Source: Fistulifera solaris (Eukaryota). From it: DNA of 64,000 bases. Position 1 is the stretch's first letter; each line of letters begins with the position of its first letter. This document shows, piece after piece, positions 1 to 12,473 of this stretch. Under the pieces are notes generated by a model, which had not been told where the DNA came from, did no database searches, and saw only the letters and a program-made list of their open reading frames with translations. Both the position numbers and the translations under genes were made by a program. The DNA lies in the NCBI GenBank assembly GCA_030295235.1, contig AP026164.1, positions 2,356,001 through 2,420,000 of the forward strand. Direction: 5' to 3'.

Positions 1-547
1 GAGTACCAGTGAAGCTTCCTTTTCTTCAATGAGCGAAGTGACATTCTTAAGTCCGTATTGAACGGTCTTGGGGCGGGTGTACTCGGGTTCCTTGCCAGCG
101 GCTTTGGCAGCGGCCGCTTCCTTGATGCGTTGCTTTTTCGCGGCCGGTGTTTCGGGACGGTACTTGTTCAAGAGAGTGAAAACAGTCATGGCTTCATTCT
201 TATTGAGTGGCTTGGTGAATTGGTTAATCGCCGGCGGCACTTTAAGACGTTGATAGAGAACCGACTTTTGACGTTGCAAACGCACATACGCGGGCCATTT
301 GACGAAACGACTCAAATCCCGCTTGTTGGGCTGAATATCACCACCAATGTTAAAATTACGAGGACGAGAGGGAAAGAGAGGATCCGCGGCCTTTACGACC
401 TTGGGCTTTTCTTCCGCCTTTTTAGTGGATTTGGTTGATTTGGTTTTCTTGGCCTGCGACGAGAGGCAATAAGTTGTGAGCGAAACTATCTATCTGTTTC
501 AGGAAAAGAGGGAGTTGAGACATGAGCTCATTAATAACACTTACCAT
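1..547 (-). CDS. RPL7A: 60S ribosomal protein L7a/eL8 (3' part outside window)
   Basis: ATG-only first exon at 545-547, GT-AG intron 454-544, then ...[55 protein letters not shown]...KYRPET, the eL8 N-terminal signature. Confidence 0.95.
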
Positions 548-927
548 GATTAATTCCAAAGGGTGTGTACTGGTAGGGTCAAATTTTTGACAATTAAGTG
601 ACGAAGAATCGACGCGGTCGGTGTTTTGATTGAGTGTTTTGTGAAAAAGCTAGTAAAGCGGTAAGTCGAAAGCGTCTTGCATGCTATCCGTCGATTATTC
701 TGTGACGTGCGACGTGCGAGCCACATCATCCGCGTCTGATCGTCCCCCGTCATTCATTCATTCATTCGACGAAAAACAACCCAAACATCGACCACGCAAA
801 ATAACACGGGCAACAACTCTTTTCCATTTCATTGCATTTCATTTCATTTTCCTGAGTTTGTTACTGCTACCTGGTAGTATCATCGGATCTTTGTAGCTTC
901 TCAATTACTTAGCTCATAATTTTAAAC

Positions 928-2299
928 ATGACAACCGCCGGAAAACTCTTGTTATTTTCGCATCACGCGTTGCGTCGCTCGACACGTCTTTCGACGTGCG
1001 TTCGCTCGTTTGCCACGCAATTCAATCGCGACAAACCGCACGTCAACATTGGTACGATCGGACACGTCGATCACGGAAAGACGACCTTGACACAAGCCAT
1101 CACCAAAGTATTGAGTGAAAAGGATGGTCGAAAAGCATGTCGTATGAAGATATTGATCGAGCACCCGAAGAGAAGGCTCGAAAAATTACCATTAATACTT
1201 CGCACATTGAATACGAAACCGCGAATCGTCATTATGGGCATATTGATTGGTGCGTCGTCTTGTAGTTATTGGCAATGTTGACTTTCTATGTGTTCACTTC
1301 CACTCACACACTCATTCTCTCATTCTCTCTCTCTCTCTCTCTCTCTCTACAAGACAGCCCCGGACACGCCGATTACGTCAAAAACATGATTACCGGTGCC
1401 GCACAAATGGATGGTGCCATTCTGGTCGTCGGAGCCACCGATGGTCCCATGCCACAAACCCGCGAACACATTTTGTTGGCCAAACAAGTTGGTATTCCCA
1501 ATTTGGTGGTCTTTTTGAACAAATGCGATCTCGTGGATGATGAGGAATTGTTGGAATTGGTCGAAATGGAAATTCGAGAATTGTTGTCGTTTTACAAATT
1601 CGACGGGGATGCCATTGAAATTGTGCGTGGGAGTGCCTTGGCGGCGGCGAATGGAACCAACGATGAATTGGGCAAAGACGCCATTTTGAAATTGATGGAT
1701 GCCGTCGATCAGCATATTCCGGAACCGGTCCGAGAAACCGACAAGCCCTTCTTGATGCCCATTGAAGATACCTTTTCGATTGCGGGACGTGGAACGGTCG
1801 TGACGGGACGTGTCGAACAGGGTATTGTCAATGTGAACGACGAATTGGAAGTCATTGGATTGGGAAATAACAAAAAGACCGTATGCACGGGAGTCGAAAT
1901 GTTCCGCAAATTGTTGGATCAAGGTCGGGCCGGTGACAACATTGGTGCCTTGTTGCGTGGTTTGAAACGTGATGATGTACGACGAGGACAAGTCTTGTGC
2001 AAGCCCGGATCGATTAAGGAAGCCAAAAAGTTTGAAGCCGAGATTTACGCCTTGAACAAGGAAGAAGGTGGACGACACAAGCCTTTCATGACCAACTATC
2101 GTCCCCAATTCTTTTCCGAACAGCCGATGTCACGGGGTCGCTGAATTTGAAGGAAGGTGTGGAAATGGTCATGCCCGGTGACAATACTTCGATTACAGTG
2201 GATTTGATTGCTCCCATTGCTCTGGAACCTGGTCTGCGTTTCAATATGCGAGAAGGTGGTATGACAGTGGGAACGGGTATTGTAACCAAGGTTCTTTAA
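928..2299 (+). CDS. TUFM: Elongation factor Tu, mitochondrial
   Basis: Arg/Ser-rich presequence, [24 protein letters not shown] across intron 1250-1357, NKCD, C-terminal MVMPGD...[10 protein letters not shown]; 1-nt deletions in homopolymers near 1120 and 2115. Confidence 0.96.
1325..1348. repeat. (CT)n microsatellite in EF-Tu intron
   Basis: About 12 CT units just upstream of the acceptor. Confidence 0.9.
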
Positions 2300-2576
2300 A
2301 AAAAACACGAAAGTTATAATATAATTAAAGGAAGGACGTAATTCGTTGCAGCAGAAGTAAGAAGTAAGATAAAAAACCTTCGATTAGTAGAAGAAAAAAG
2401 TTGACACTCTAGAGTTCAATAGTCGAGCGATCATCAAACGAGCAAAGATCGAGCAGTGAATGTAATCACTGCCTACAATTTATACACACGAAAATAAGTC
2501 GTCGATTGATGAAAGAAACAGCCTAGAGTACGAAATGTCGTTGTATGATTCATGTTTAATGTTATTATTCTTTTCG

Positions 2577-3246
2577 TTAAACGACTAAACCAATCACACC
2601 CGCCGCAATGCGCGGACCCGCATTCCCTGTCGTACCCGAATTTTCGTGTCCACCTCGTCCCAAATCATCTTCACCCGCATATACAACAATCGATCGTCCA
2701 ATGACGGAATGCGGACCCAATAGTTGCACCAAGGCATTGTCGGGAATGTTGACCACACCGGAACCATTGTCACCAATTTCGACATTGCCCAAATCACCGG
2801 CCATGCGATTTTCGTCCGTCGGGGCGCCGTGTGTTTTGCCTGAATCCCAAAGAGAGAAAGGTTGAATGTGAGTAAGAATAATGAATGAATGAATGAATAT
2901 GTGTAGAGTGTTATTTATTATCAAGAACAACGAAGAAAGGAACGAAAGAGGCGAATATCGTCGACTCAAAAATCTTGTGGCTTTTCCTCTTTCGTTTTCG
3001 TAGCAGCCTCACATGCAAAAATTCTCTTTTTCTTTCAAACGCACCAAACGGGTTGAAAATAGGCCCACACGAATTGCCTCCCTGCGAAACATCCCCAGCG
3101 ACACAGATCGAGAGACCGTGCTTCCCCGGCGTCAAACCCGACAGAGTGCCGTGAATGCTCGTACTGCCTTCACTGGACGTTAACGTCAATGTCCCAACAA
3201 TACTGTTGTTCGAGTATACGACACAAATTGCTTTGCAAGTGGCCAT
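2577..3246 (-). CDS. Cu/Zn superoxide dismutase-fold protein with degenerate metal ligands
   Basis: Two exons (intron 2840-3044); [58 protein letters not shown] aligns with SOD1 over its full length. Confidence 0.9.
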
Positions 3247-3854
3247 GTTTTTCTATTTATGTTAACAGTAATGTTAGTAAAACAGATAAATGTTTGTTGA
3301 TGGTTTTAGTTTCGATGTTTGCGGCTTGTATTGTTGGGTGATCATCATGATCCTGAAACAAGATAGGGATGAGGTTATAGTGGAAAAAAATAATTGATCG
3401 TTGTGTTGTGAGGCTCCCAACGGATGTCGTCTGTCTGTGACTCCGTTCGTTGTTTTCGCCGCAGGCCGCAGACTTCACCTGATGTAATGACAGACCGTAG
3501 GCGTTCGGGAAAGCCTTTCGTAACATACTCCGTATTATTAGCTAACCTTACTGGTAGTCTATTGGGAAGTTCTTGAAGTGCTGCTGAACCGTAAACAAGG
3601 AACCTTGAATCATCGGCCTTTTGCGACTGAATACTTTGTAAATAGCCGCTCATCCGCTCCGTTTCAATAGGGGTCGTAGGAGGAACCCAAGACGAAAAAA
3701 ATAATGCACTTATGAACTTGTCAGCCCATTCCTACAGGACAGGTAACTTTTCTAGTAAAAGCATTTCTTAGGGTACCGTACTCGTTCTAAGCTCGGCTCG
3801 CGCAAGGTTCCAACTCATCTTTTTTCATGTCGATTTTGCATTTCGTGTGGACCG

Positions 3855-4283
3855 TCATCGCTTGGCCGCCGCGAATCCCGATTTGTTCGCAACATCAATG
3901 GCTTGTTGTTTGAACTTGACTCCCACTTGAATCCATTCCAAAAAGACGACGGCTTCTTCGGGTGTAGTGCCAAATTTCTCGGCAAATTGGGCCGCCGACA
4001 CGGAACCCTCTTCGCCCGCGGTCAAAAACTCGGCAATCGCCGAAGACTTTTCTTCCGTATTTAACTTATATCGTTGAATAATACGATCAAACTCTTGTTT
4101 GTGCAATGTGTATTGATCGGCTTGATAAGCATCATCGCAAACACTCTGCTTGTGTTTTTTCCAATCCTGTTTTTGGTGTTCCGTCGAACAATACCACGCC
4201 TGTTTGCAACGAGAACAGCGTTGTGTAGCGACTTGCTGACAAACGGCACATGTCTGAGTGCTCGGGATGGTGGCGGTGGACAT
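3855..4283 (-). CDS. MYND zinc-finger protein
   Basis: CAVC..CSRCKQAWYCSTEHQKQDWKKHKQSVC MYND motif, 142 aa ORF. Confidence 0.85.
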   Translation of the reverse strand: MSTATIPSTQTCAVCQQVATQRCSRCKQAWYCSTEHQKQDWKKHKQSVCDDAYQADQYTLHKQEFDRIIQRYKLNTEEKSSAIAEFLTAGEEGSVSAAQFAEKFGTTPEEAVVFLEWIQVGVKFKQQAIDVANKSGFAAAKR

Positions 4284-4817
4284 TTTTGAAGAAAAAAGAA
4301 ATGAACCAATTATAGAAACACTTTTGGTGGGGCGCTGTCAAGAGAAGAACGAGAAAAAGAATTTAAGGCAAAGGCGATTTCTCGTCCGACGAACATCCTG
4401 TCGTTGTGAGATACTGCGTACAAAGTACTTTGTAGAGAGGCGTGTGGCGTCGTGGTCGTGCGTGCGTGCGTGACAAGTGACAAATGGAGGAAGCGTCTGT
4501 GCGTCGTATCTGACCCACTCCCTGATCAGAAATTCAGTCCAAGAAAGCAACAAACAATGTAGCGTAACCTGTAGGAAGTATGACACCCGTGTTCGCTCCG
4601 ACATTGAGTTTTACACGTTTTCCTCTCAACAAAGCAGTACCACATCCAAGTGACACAGGGACGCGTCATGCTGGATACTATTTTCCATTATTTTCTTTTG
4701 GTTCTTTTCGTTCGTTCGGATTGCAGTTCTGTATCTTCTATTTATAATCTCTTTTCACACAAAAGAAACAAGCACCAAAAAAAGGGCCGACAAAAATAGA
4801 AGATCATTACAAACAAT

Positions 4818-6317
4818 ATGAGCGCACCCGAAGAGAAAGACGACATTCTCCAAGTCCATCCGACCAAACAGCTGAATGTGATTGTCCACGATGCGCATTT
4901 CATCGGAGGGGAAGCTTTCAATCAACGGTGGTCGTTTGCGCTGGCGATTTATCGATTGAGACGGCCCCCAAAGGATATGATCGAGATACTCGAAGGTTGT
5001 GCTCCGGGGTTATCGCTGCGTCCTAAATTACTCCAGTTGACCGAGCATGCTCTGCTCTACCTTCTTCCTTTGGATAGTGGTCTGTATTGGAGTGATGAAC
5101 GGCAATGGTATCGACACAAACTGTCTATTACTATTTCAACCGGACGACGAAGTAACAGTAATGAAAGGAATGTCTACAATGTACATATCATGGGAGTTTC
5201 TCCGTCGGCCACCGCCGAGGCCCTTTTGAAAGTGCTTCGATATCCCACTCAACAAATGCTCACCATCGGGTTGGGAATTCGGTCCGATATTATCACTACT
5301 CTTATCCTGCAAAAAATACTGTGTGAATGCGGTGGTTCATGTCGCGAATTTCTGTTTTCGCATGAAGCATTGTCGTCGGACGAGTGTTATCGACTGGCGC
5401 GACACGCTTCGAAGCTCGTGTTCCAGGAATGCATCTTTTTGGATTCGGGTGCGGCCTTTTTACGAGGTGTACAGGAACGTGAGGAACATCTTTCCGTGGC
5501 ATTTCTAGGGCGTGATCGACCTTTTCCGGATTTCATACCTTTACTGCGTTGTGCGAACCTGTATGAGTTGGAGCTCCGACACGGATTTTCTCTGACCGAA
5601 TTAGAATGCCAAGTACTGGCCGATGCTTCCGTAGAGTCGATGACCTTGGATGAATGCCGATTGCACAATCATGGTAAATCCCTGTTTATGGCGATTGCAA
5701 AAGGAAAGGGTCCACGACATTTGCGAGTCCGTTATTGGGACGAAACAGAACAACAAAAAGATCACTCGCTCGTATCTGCCCTCAGCGCAACGCAATGTCA
5801 ACTCGAAAGTATAGGCTTGATGGGACCAAAATATATACCAAATTCAGTTTCGTGGCAAACAATGCTACAAGCCATTCTCGTGACGAACCATTCGCTTCAG
5901 TCGCTCGAACTCGACTCCTTTCAATTAACGGATGAACTTTGGAATATTTTCCTCGATACTTTGGAACAAAGTACGACAATACGCCGACTGAGTTTGCTGA
6001 ATATGACCAGCACTGCTAGTGATCAACACGGCTGTTTGGCTCGTTCTCGTCGATTAGTCGACATTTTGCCAAGAAAACGAAATTTGGAAGACATCGAGAT
6101 AGCCGGCGATTGTCCCTTCGAACCAGCTCAATGGTCCACACAAATCGTTCCTCTGGTCCAAGAGAACCGATACCGCAATTGTTTTGGTAAATTGCAACGT
6201 GATCCTCATGGTGCAGCTCTTCTAGCGCATGCCATGGCTCGACCCAAACTGCAAAACGAACACATTTCCTACGCCTTTCTTCTTTTGGAGTCGAGCGTGA
6301 ACTTGTTGGCGTCGTGA
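4818..6317 (+). CDS. RNI-like/LRR hypothetical protein (diatom-type family)
   Basis: 499 aa uninterrupted ORF; LxxLxL repeats (NHSLQSLELD, TTIRRLSL, RNLEDIEI) and C-terminal ENRYR motif. Confidence 0.7.
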   Translation: MSAPEEKDDILQVHPTKQLNVIVHDAHFIGGEAFNQRWSFALAIYRLRRPPKDMIEILEGCAPGLSLRPKLLQLTEHALLYLLPLDSGLYWSDERQWYRHKLSITISTGRRSNSNERNVYNVHIMGVSPSATAEALLKVLRYPTQQMLTIGLGIRSDIITTLILQKILCECGGSCREFLFSHEALSSDECYRLARHASKLVFQECIFLDSGAAFLRGVQEREEHLSVAFLGRDRPFPDFIPLLRCANLYELELRHGFSLTELECQVLADASVESMTLDECRLHNHGKSLFMAIAKGKGPRHLRVRYWDETEQQKDHSLVSALSATQCQLESIGLMGPKYIPNSVSWQTMLQAILVTNHSLQSLELDSFQLTDELWNIFLDTLEQSTTIRRLSLLNMTSTASDQHGCLARSRRLVDILPRKRNLEDIEIAGDCPFEPAQWSTQIVPLVQENRYRNCFGKLQRDPHGAALLAHAMARPKLQNEHISYAFLLLESSVNLLAS

Positions 6318-6977
6318 TTTATTCAATTCTTTCACGAACACACAAAAGTTCTTGTTGTCCTACTCAATCGATGATGGGTTTCGTGATTCCAAATTGCTTG
6401 AAATTGTGACGAATTTTGAACGTAAAAAACTACTCCGTAAAAAATGTGACTGCAATTTCGTTTGGCTTCGATCTTCGATTAGCATTCGGCCCTTTCAACT
6501 TTCACTGCTGACTACATCTTGTGACAATAGACTGGACGTTTTCATAAAGTACTTACTAGAGGATACCCTATGTCTAGACAAATGTCCCAATCATGTCCAG
6601 TTTGTCGCTTCACTCAGTACTTTGAACAGTACATTGTAAATAAAGCGCGCCTTTGAAAATCAATCCGGCCTATGACCAAACACAACCAAAATGCCGCCCA
6701 TTCTTTCGGAACTTTTGCACTTCACCGTGTCCCACAATGCCCAATGAAATTTCCGATTACGATTGCGGAAGATGCAAGATGGGGTAAAGTGTAGAATCGC
6801 ACTACGAATGGTCGCAATCCTTATTATTTGCGCCCCCTCCCGTCACTCACCTCGAGCAACTTCTTCGCCCCTGCAGTCATTCTTTTCGCCACCCGAAACG
6901 CCTTCTGTCTCGATTGTTTTGTGTGTTGTTGTTCTTTTTCCTTTGACGTTTGTTCTATTTTGATACGAGACAAGCAC

Positions 6978-9900
6978 ATGGACTCCGCTCCGTCGACACC
7001 CGGCAGCAGCCATGAGAATGGCGGTGCAAAACTGTACAAGACGAACAAAGAATTGTTGGCCTACATGTCGCAAGCCTTCAACGTCAATCGCGGCGACGAT
7101 TTCGAAGAACGAGGATCGGATGACAGTTCTCTTGACTTGGATGATGACGATGATTTAAGTGTGGGTTCCAGTTCTTCCTTTTCCGTCTCGTCGTACGCGA
7201 CGAGCGTACAAGATACCAAAACGGTGGGCGACGAAACGCGCATGTTGACCGAAGAAGGCGGACTCGTGAAACGCAGTAAAGTGGCCATTTTTATGGGCAT
7301 TATGGCTCTGGCTTGTACCAGTGCGTTGGTAACGACGTACTTTGTTCGTAAAAATGAAGCGACGACGTACAATGAACGCTTCGTCTCGTTTAGCGGAGAT
7401 GTCAGTGAGAAATCGCAAAGGCGCTCCGACAAGCGTTTACGGCGACCCAACAGTTGAGTCGGACAATTACCGATGCCATTGTGAGTGCCGACAATTATTT
7501 TGTCGCGGTTCCTCTGTTCGAAATTTATGGTGGAGAAGCGAAAGAGGCGGCCCAGGCCGAGGTCATCTTCTGGACGCCGCGGATCGCGGAAGCTCGGTTG
7601 AGTGATTGGGAATCGTTCGCTGCAGAGAACCAGCAATGGATCCTCGATGGATTGGTGAACGAGAATTCGACCGTCAATGATCCGGGCAGCATTCCGACCA
7701 AGGTGTACACACGCAACGGGTCCCATGTCCATCACGCCAAAGATGACATTCACATACACGGCTACCATTTCCCCGTTTGGCAAATGGTGGGAGCACCCCG
7801 GAATGCCTCCATTGTGAACTTGGATCTCATGGCGGATTCAAGTCGCATGGAACACGACATGATCGATGCCACCTTGTTGCGACAGCCACTCTTGTCGTCG
7901 ATTCAGGATTTGCAGTATTTGACTACGCACGCACATGATACACCGGTCAATACGTCTCAAGAAGAATGGCTCGACGAAAACAACATCACCATTGGCCTGG
8001 ATAAATATTATCCTCAGATGTATTTGGAGCAGATGCAACAATCCTACATTCTCCAGCCCGTTTTCGCCTCCCGCGATGGCTACTTCTTTAGCAATGCAGG
8101 AGTGGCGACCGTCACACGATCGCAAACGTTGGAATCGGATGTCGTCGGCTTTGCCGTGGCAGTGTTCCGCTGGGACTCGTTGTTTGCAGATATTCTTCCC
8201 AGTGGTGTTTCGGGAATGGTGGTCGTCGTCAGCGACGGTTGTGGTACGACACTCTCCTATCAAATCGATGGCAAAACGGTGCAATATCTAGGGTTTGGTG
8301 ATCTGCACGATCCTATGTTTGAGGAAGAGGTCGTGAATATTACCGACTTTGGAAATCTGGCGGACTTTTCGGTCGTCACGCATTTTCATCGAGAAATCAA
8401 TGGCACGTCCTACGATGAACGTCATGCTGGGACTAAGAAAGGACATTGTCAGGTACGGAGGACCAAACGTTACTTCCGTGTCACGACATATCAAGCTGTT
8501 ATACTAACCTTTCCATCGCTTTGCCAGTTTACTGTTCAAATTTACCCATCCGAAGAGTTCGTCGATATCTACAATTCGGATACGCAAACACTTTACATTG
8601 CTGTTATCGTTGTTATCTTTGTGGTTGTGATTTTCCTTTTGTGCATGTACGATCTCATGGTTATTGCTCGACAACGAAAGATCATTCACATTGCAAAACA
8701 AACGAATACTCTGATCAGCAGCTTATTCCCAAAAGCAGTTCAAAAGCGCATTCTGGAGGATGCCGAGAAGAATGAAAAATTGAAACTGTTATCCGCAGAC
8801 GAGTACGATCAAGTTCTTGGCGATGACAGCAAAGCCAAGTCCGTGATGGAAGAGCATATGAAGGGACAGTATCAAACCAAAGCTATTGCTGATTATTTCC
8901 CTTCGGCGACAATTTTTGTAAGTATGGGCTGAACGTTAAGGTAAAATCGAAAATCGTGCCCTCGTTCATCTCTAACCATATGTTTTGTACCGGTCGCCTT
9001 TTCTCGATGGCAAACAGTTTGCAGATATTGTTGGTACGTGAACAGTTTGATTAAGAGTCAAATCTCGCCCCTTCCATAGTTCGTTTTACTCACTTTCTGT
9101 TGTAGGTTTCACAGCTTGGAGTTCAACACGAGATCCGACGCAAGTGTTTGAACTTTTGGAGACTCTGTTTCATTCTTTTGATCAACTGGCGAGAAAACGA
9201 AGGGTATTCAAGGTTGAAACAGTCGGTGACTGCTACGTGGCTGCAACTGGTTTGCCGGAGGCGCGCAAAGATCATCCCGTTGTCATGGCTCGTTTTGCTC
9301 GTGATATTCTTTACAAATTCGGTGTCCTTGTAAAACAATTGGAAGAAAAGCTTGGTCCTGACACGGGCGACCTGGGCTTGCGAGTCGGACTGCACAGTGG
9401 GCCAGTAACTGCTGGTGTTTTAAGAGGTGAAAAATCGCGCTTTCAGCTGTTCGGTGATACTGTTAATACCGCGGCACGAATGGAGAGTAATGGAGCCCCC
9501 AATCGCATTCACCTCTCTAAGGAAACAGCTGATCTTCTAATTCAAGCGGGGAAAGTAAAATGGGTTAAACCGCGAGAGGAATTGATCCACGCAAAGGGAA
9601 AGGAGAATTGCAGACCTATTGGTTGGAGTACAGCCGTAGCGAAAGCAGAAAGGGAAGTGTCAACAGTGTCACTGATTCCATTCGAAGCTCCCTAAAGAGT
9701 GAATACGATGAGAGCAAGAAGATTCTTTCTGAGATTTCATTTAACCCAATGTCGGAGAAGCTACAGCGTCTTGTCAAGTGGAACACGGAGTTGCTGTCTA
9801 AATCGTTACAGCTCATTCTGGGTCGACGTGCCGGAGCTCAAATTCAAGTCGATGATGATGACAAAATGCGCTCACTGGAAATGGCGAGCCGTACAGTTGC

Positions 9901-11011
9901 TCGTCAGGGAAAGCTGGTTTTTGACGAAGTCGTAGAAATCATTAATCTGCCTCCGAAAGCGGAAATCAGTGATTCCGATCCACTTCAACTTGGTGTGGAA
10001 TCAATCGACCTGTCACCTGAGGTGTACTCCCAATTGCATGATTACGTCCGAACAATTGCTGCAATGTATCCCGAGGACAATCCGTTCCACAACTTCGAAC
10101 ACGCATCACACGTTTGCATGAGCACGATCAAGCTGCTGGCCAGAATCGTCGCTCCAAACGATGATAACGGCGCCGGAAATCTCCACGATAACACCTACGG
10201 AATAACATCTGATCCGCTCACGCAGTTCGCTGCCGTATTCAGTGCGCTCATTCATGACGTGGATCACCCGGGCGTGCCAAACATGACGTTAGTTAGCGAA
10301 GGCACGTCGCTTGCTGCTTCGTACCAAAATAAGAGCGTGGCAGAACAAAATTCCATCGACCTTGCTTGGGATTTACTTATGGATCCCGCCTACGAAGACC
10401 TGCGACGTGCTCTGTACGTCAATGAAACCGAATTCAACCGATTCCGTACACTGGTTGTCAATCTGGTCATGGCGACAGATATTATGGACAAGCAAATGGG
10501 CGCATTCCGTAAAGCCAGGTGGAATAAAGTATTCGGAGAGAACGACGAAAAGGATATTCGTGGTTCAATCTCCCAGAAGGATATCAATCGCAAAGCGACT
10601 ATTGTGCTGGAACACTTAATCCAAGCCTCGGACGTGTCACACACAATGCAGCATTGGCATATCTTCGTGAAGTGGAACGAGAGACTTTTCCAAGAAATGT
10701 CCCTTGCTTTTGACGAAGGGCGCACTGACAAGAATCCTGCGGAAAACTGGTATCAAGGCGAAATTGGTTTCTTCGACTTTTACATCATTCCTCTTGCTAA
10801 GAAACTTGAATCATGCGGTGTTTTCGGGGTATCTTCCGATGAGTACTTACAATACGCGCAAAACAACCGCAACGAGTGGGAGCGCAAAGGCCACGAACAA
10901 GTTCAGATATATGTTGAAAACTATCGAATGAAGCGAGAAGCCATGACGATGGCCACCCCTCCTTCACTGGTTCCACAAGAAGATGAAGAAGAGGAGGAGG
11001 AGGAGTCATAG
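6978..11011 (+). CDS. Membrane nucleotide cyclase (class III) - cyclic nucleotide phosphodiesterase fusion with CHASE-like extracellular region
   Basis: Two TM segments; FADIVGFTAWSS, KVETVGDCY, GLHSGPVTAGV, LFGDTVNTAARMES; PDE motifs HNFEHASHV, IHDVDH, ATDI, ASDVSH; introns 8453-8527, 8918-9017, 9034-9105; frameshifts near 7430 and 9600. Confidence 0.92.
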
Positions 11012-11241
11012 ATATGCACCGGATCTTCCATGAGACAATTAGTCCTTGTCCTACACTCACTTCAACCGACGATTCACATTGAAAGTCCATGATCAGTTTG
11101 TAAAGTCTTTGTTAAACATCAAGCTTTTGTTGTTGGCCAATTTGGCAAAATGATTATCTGCTGATAACCTTGTAGGTCTCTTGACCGCACAATGTAGATA
11201 CGCCACCAAATGACTCTATTTCTGCAACATTATCTTTTTAG

Positions 11242-12473
11242 CTATTCACCGGTCTTCGCCTGATATTTCTTGAAAGCTTCTTTGTGCTTTTTGCTCCGCA
11301 TATGGTTTTCCATCTGTCCTGCGCTCTTAAAGTCTTTCCGACAACACTCGCAACGCCATAGATCAGGCTCTTCTTCCTCGTCTTCTTCAGATGAAACATA
11401 AGACGACTCTTCATTGCTCACTTCACCATGACTACTCCTTTCATCTCCGTGGCTGTCAACGTCGCCTTCCGCGTTTGGCAAGTCATTGTTATCATTAATA
11501 ATGTCGTTCTCAGCGTGTTCATCCTTTTCCTCCTGTAGCTCCCCATCTTCTCGAGACTGTTCCATGCTCTTATTTCTCTTCTTTTTCTTTCCCTTCTTTT
11601 TCCTACATCGTATTCGTAATCGTCGTCTTCCAAATCCGCAAGTCGTATCCGACCAGCTTGTCGATCCTCTTCAACCATTTGAGCTATACGATCGGCTGCC
11701 TCCTGTCGCCACTCTTCGGCCGCCGCTTTTTGCTCTTCTTTCCGTAACGCCTTTTCTCGCTTGAACGCGGCTTCCTTTTGTAGTTTTTCTCGTCGCATCG
11801 CATCCGCTCGTTGCGCCACCCGCGGATCACGCTTCTTTACAAAATGTACGAGGGCCTGAACTTCCGCATTCCGATCCTTGCGGGCCGACTTTCGGGCCTT
11901 TTTATTGGCATCGTCCATGGCGCGACGAATGCGACGATTTGGTTCGGATAACGTGTCGTACACATCCGCCCAAGCAAACGAAAGCTGGGAGGCAAACGAT
12001 TCCCAAGCCTGATAGAACGCCATGACAACAGACCAATCCGACCGCTGATTTCCAAATTCCACGGGCAAATGCGACTCGGACGATGCGGCTGCTTCTTCTC
12101 GTGCAATAGCGGCAAATACTTGCCCGTAAACGGCATAAAATCCATTCGAAGTTTCGTCATCAAAACCCGAAAAACAACTGGGATGCAGAAATGGGGCAAC
12201 TTGAAAAATCAAATCATTCGCGTTGGTTCCATCAGTAGTCGACCATCCCTGTAAGATTACCGACCGATGTTCATCGTACCATTGTCGTTCGGCGGGATCC
12301 GATAAGCATTCGTACGCTTCTTGGATTCGTTTGAAAACTTCGGGGTCACCGCCCTTGTCGGGGTGATGTTGGAGAGCTAGTTGACGATGTGCCTTTTTGA
12401 TAGCGGCCGCGTTCGCTTGTATTTCCACGCCCAGGACATCATAGTGACACTGTATTGTTGTTTCTGTTGTCAT
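11242..12473 (-). CDS. DNAJC21: DnaJ subfamily C member 21 / Jjj1-like co-chaperone
   Basis: J domain (CHYDVLG..HHPDK..AYECLSDPAERQWYD), NRRIRRAMDDANKK, C2H2 finger CECCRKDFKSAGQMENHMRSKKH; frameshift near 11590. Confidence 0.88.

Noticed and set aside
58..438. 126 aa plus-strand ORF
   Set aside because: Antisense shadow of RPL7A
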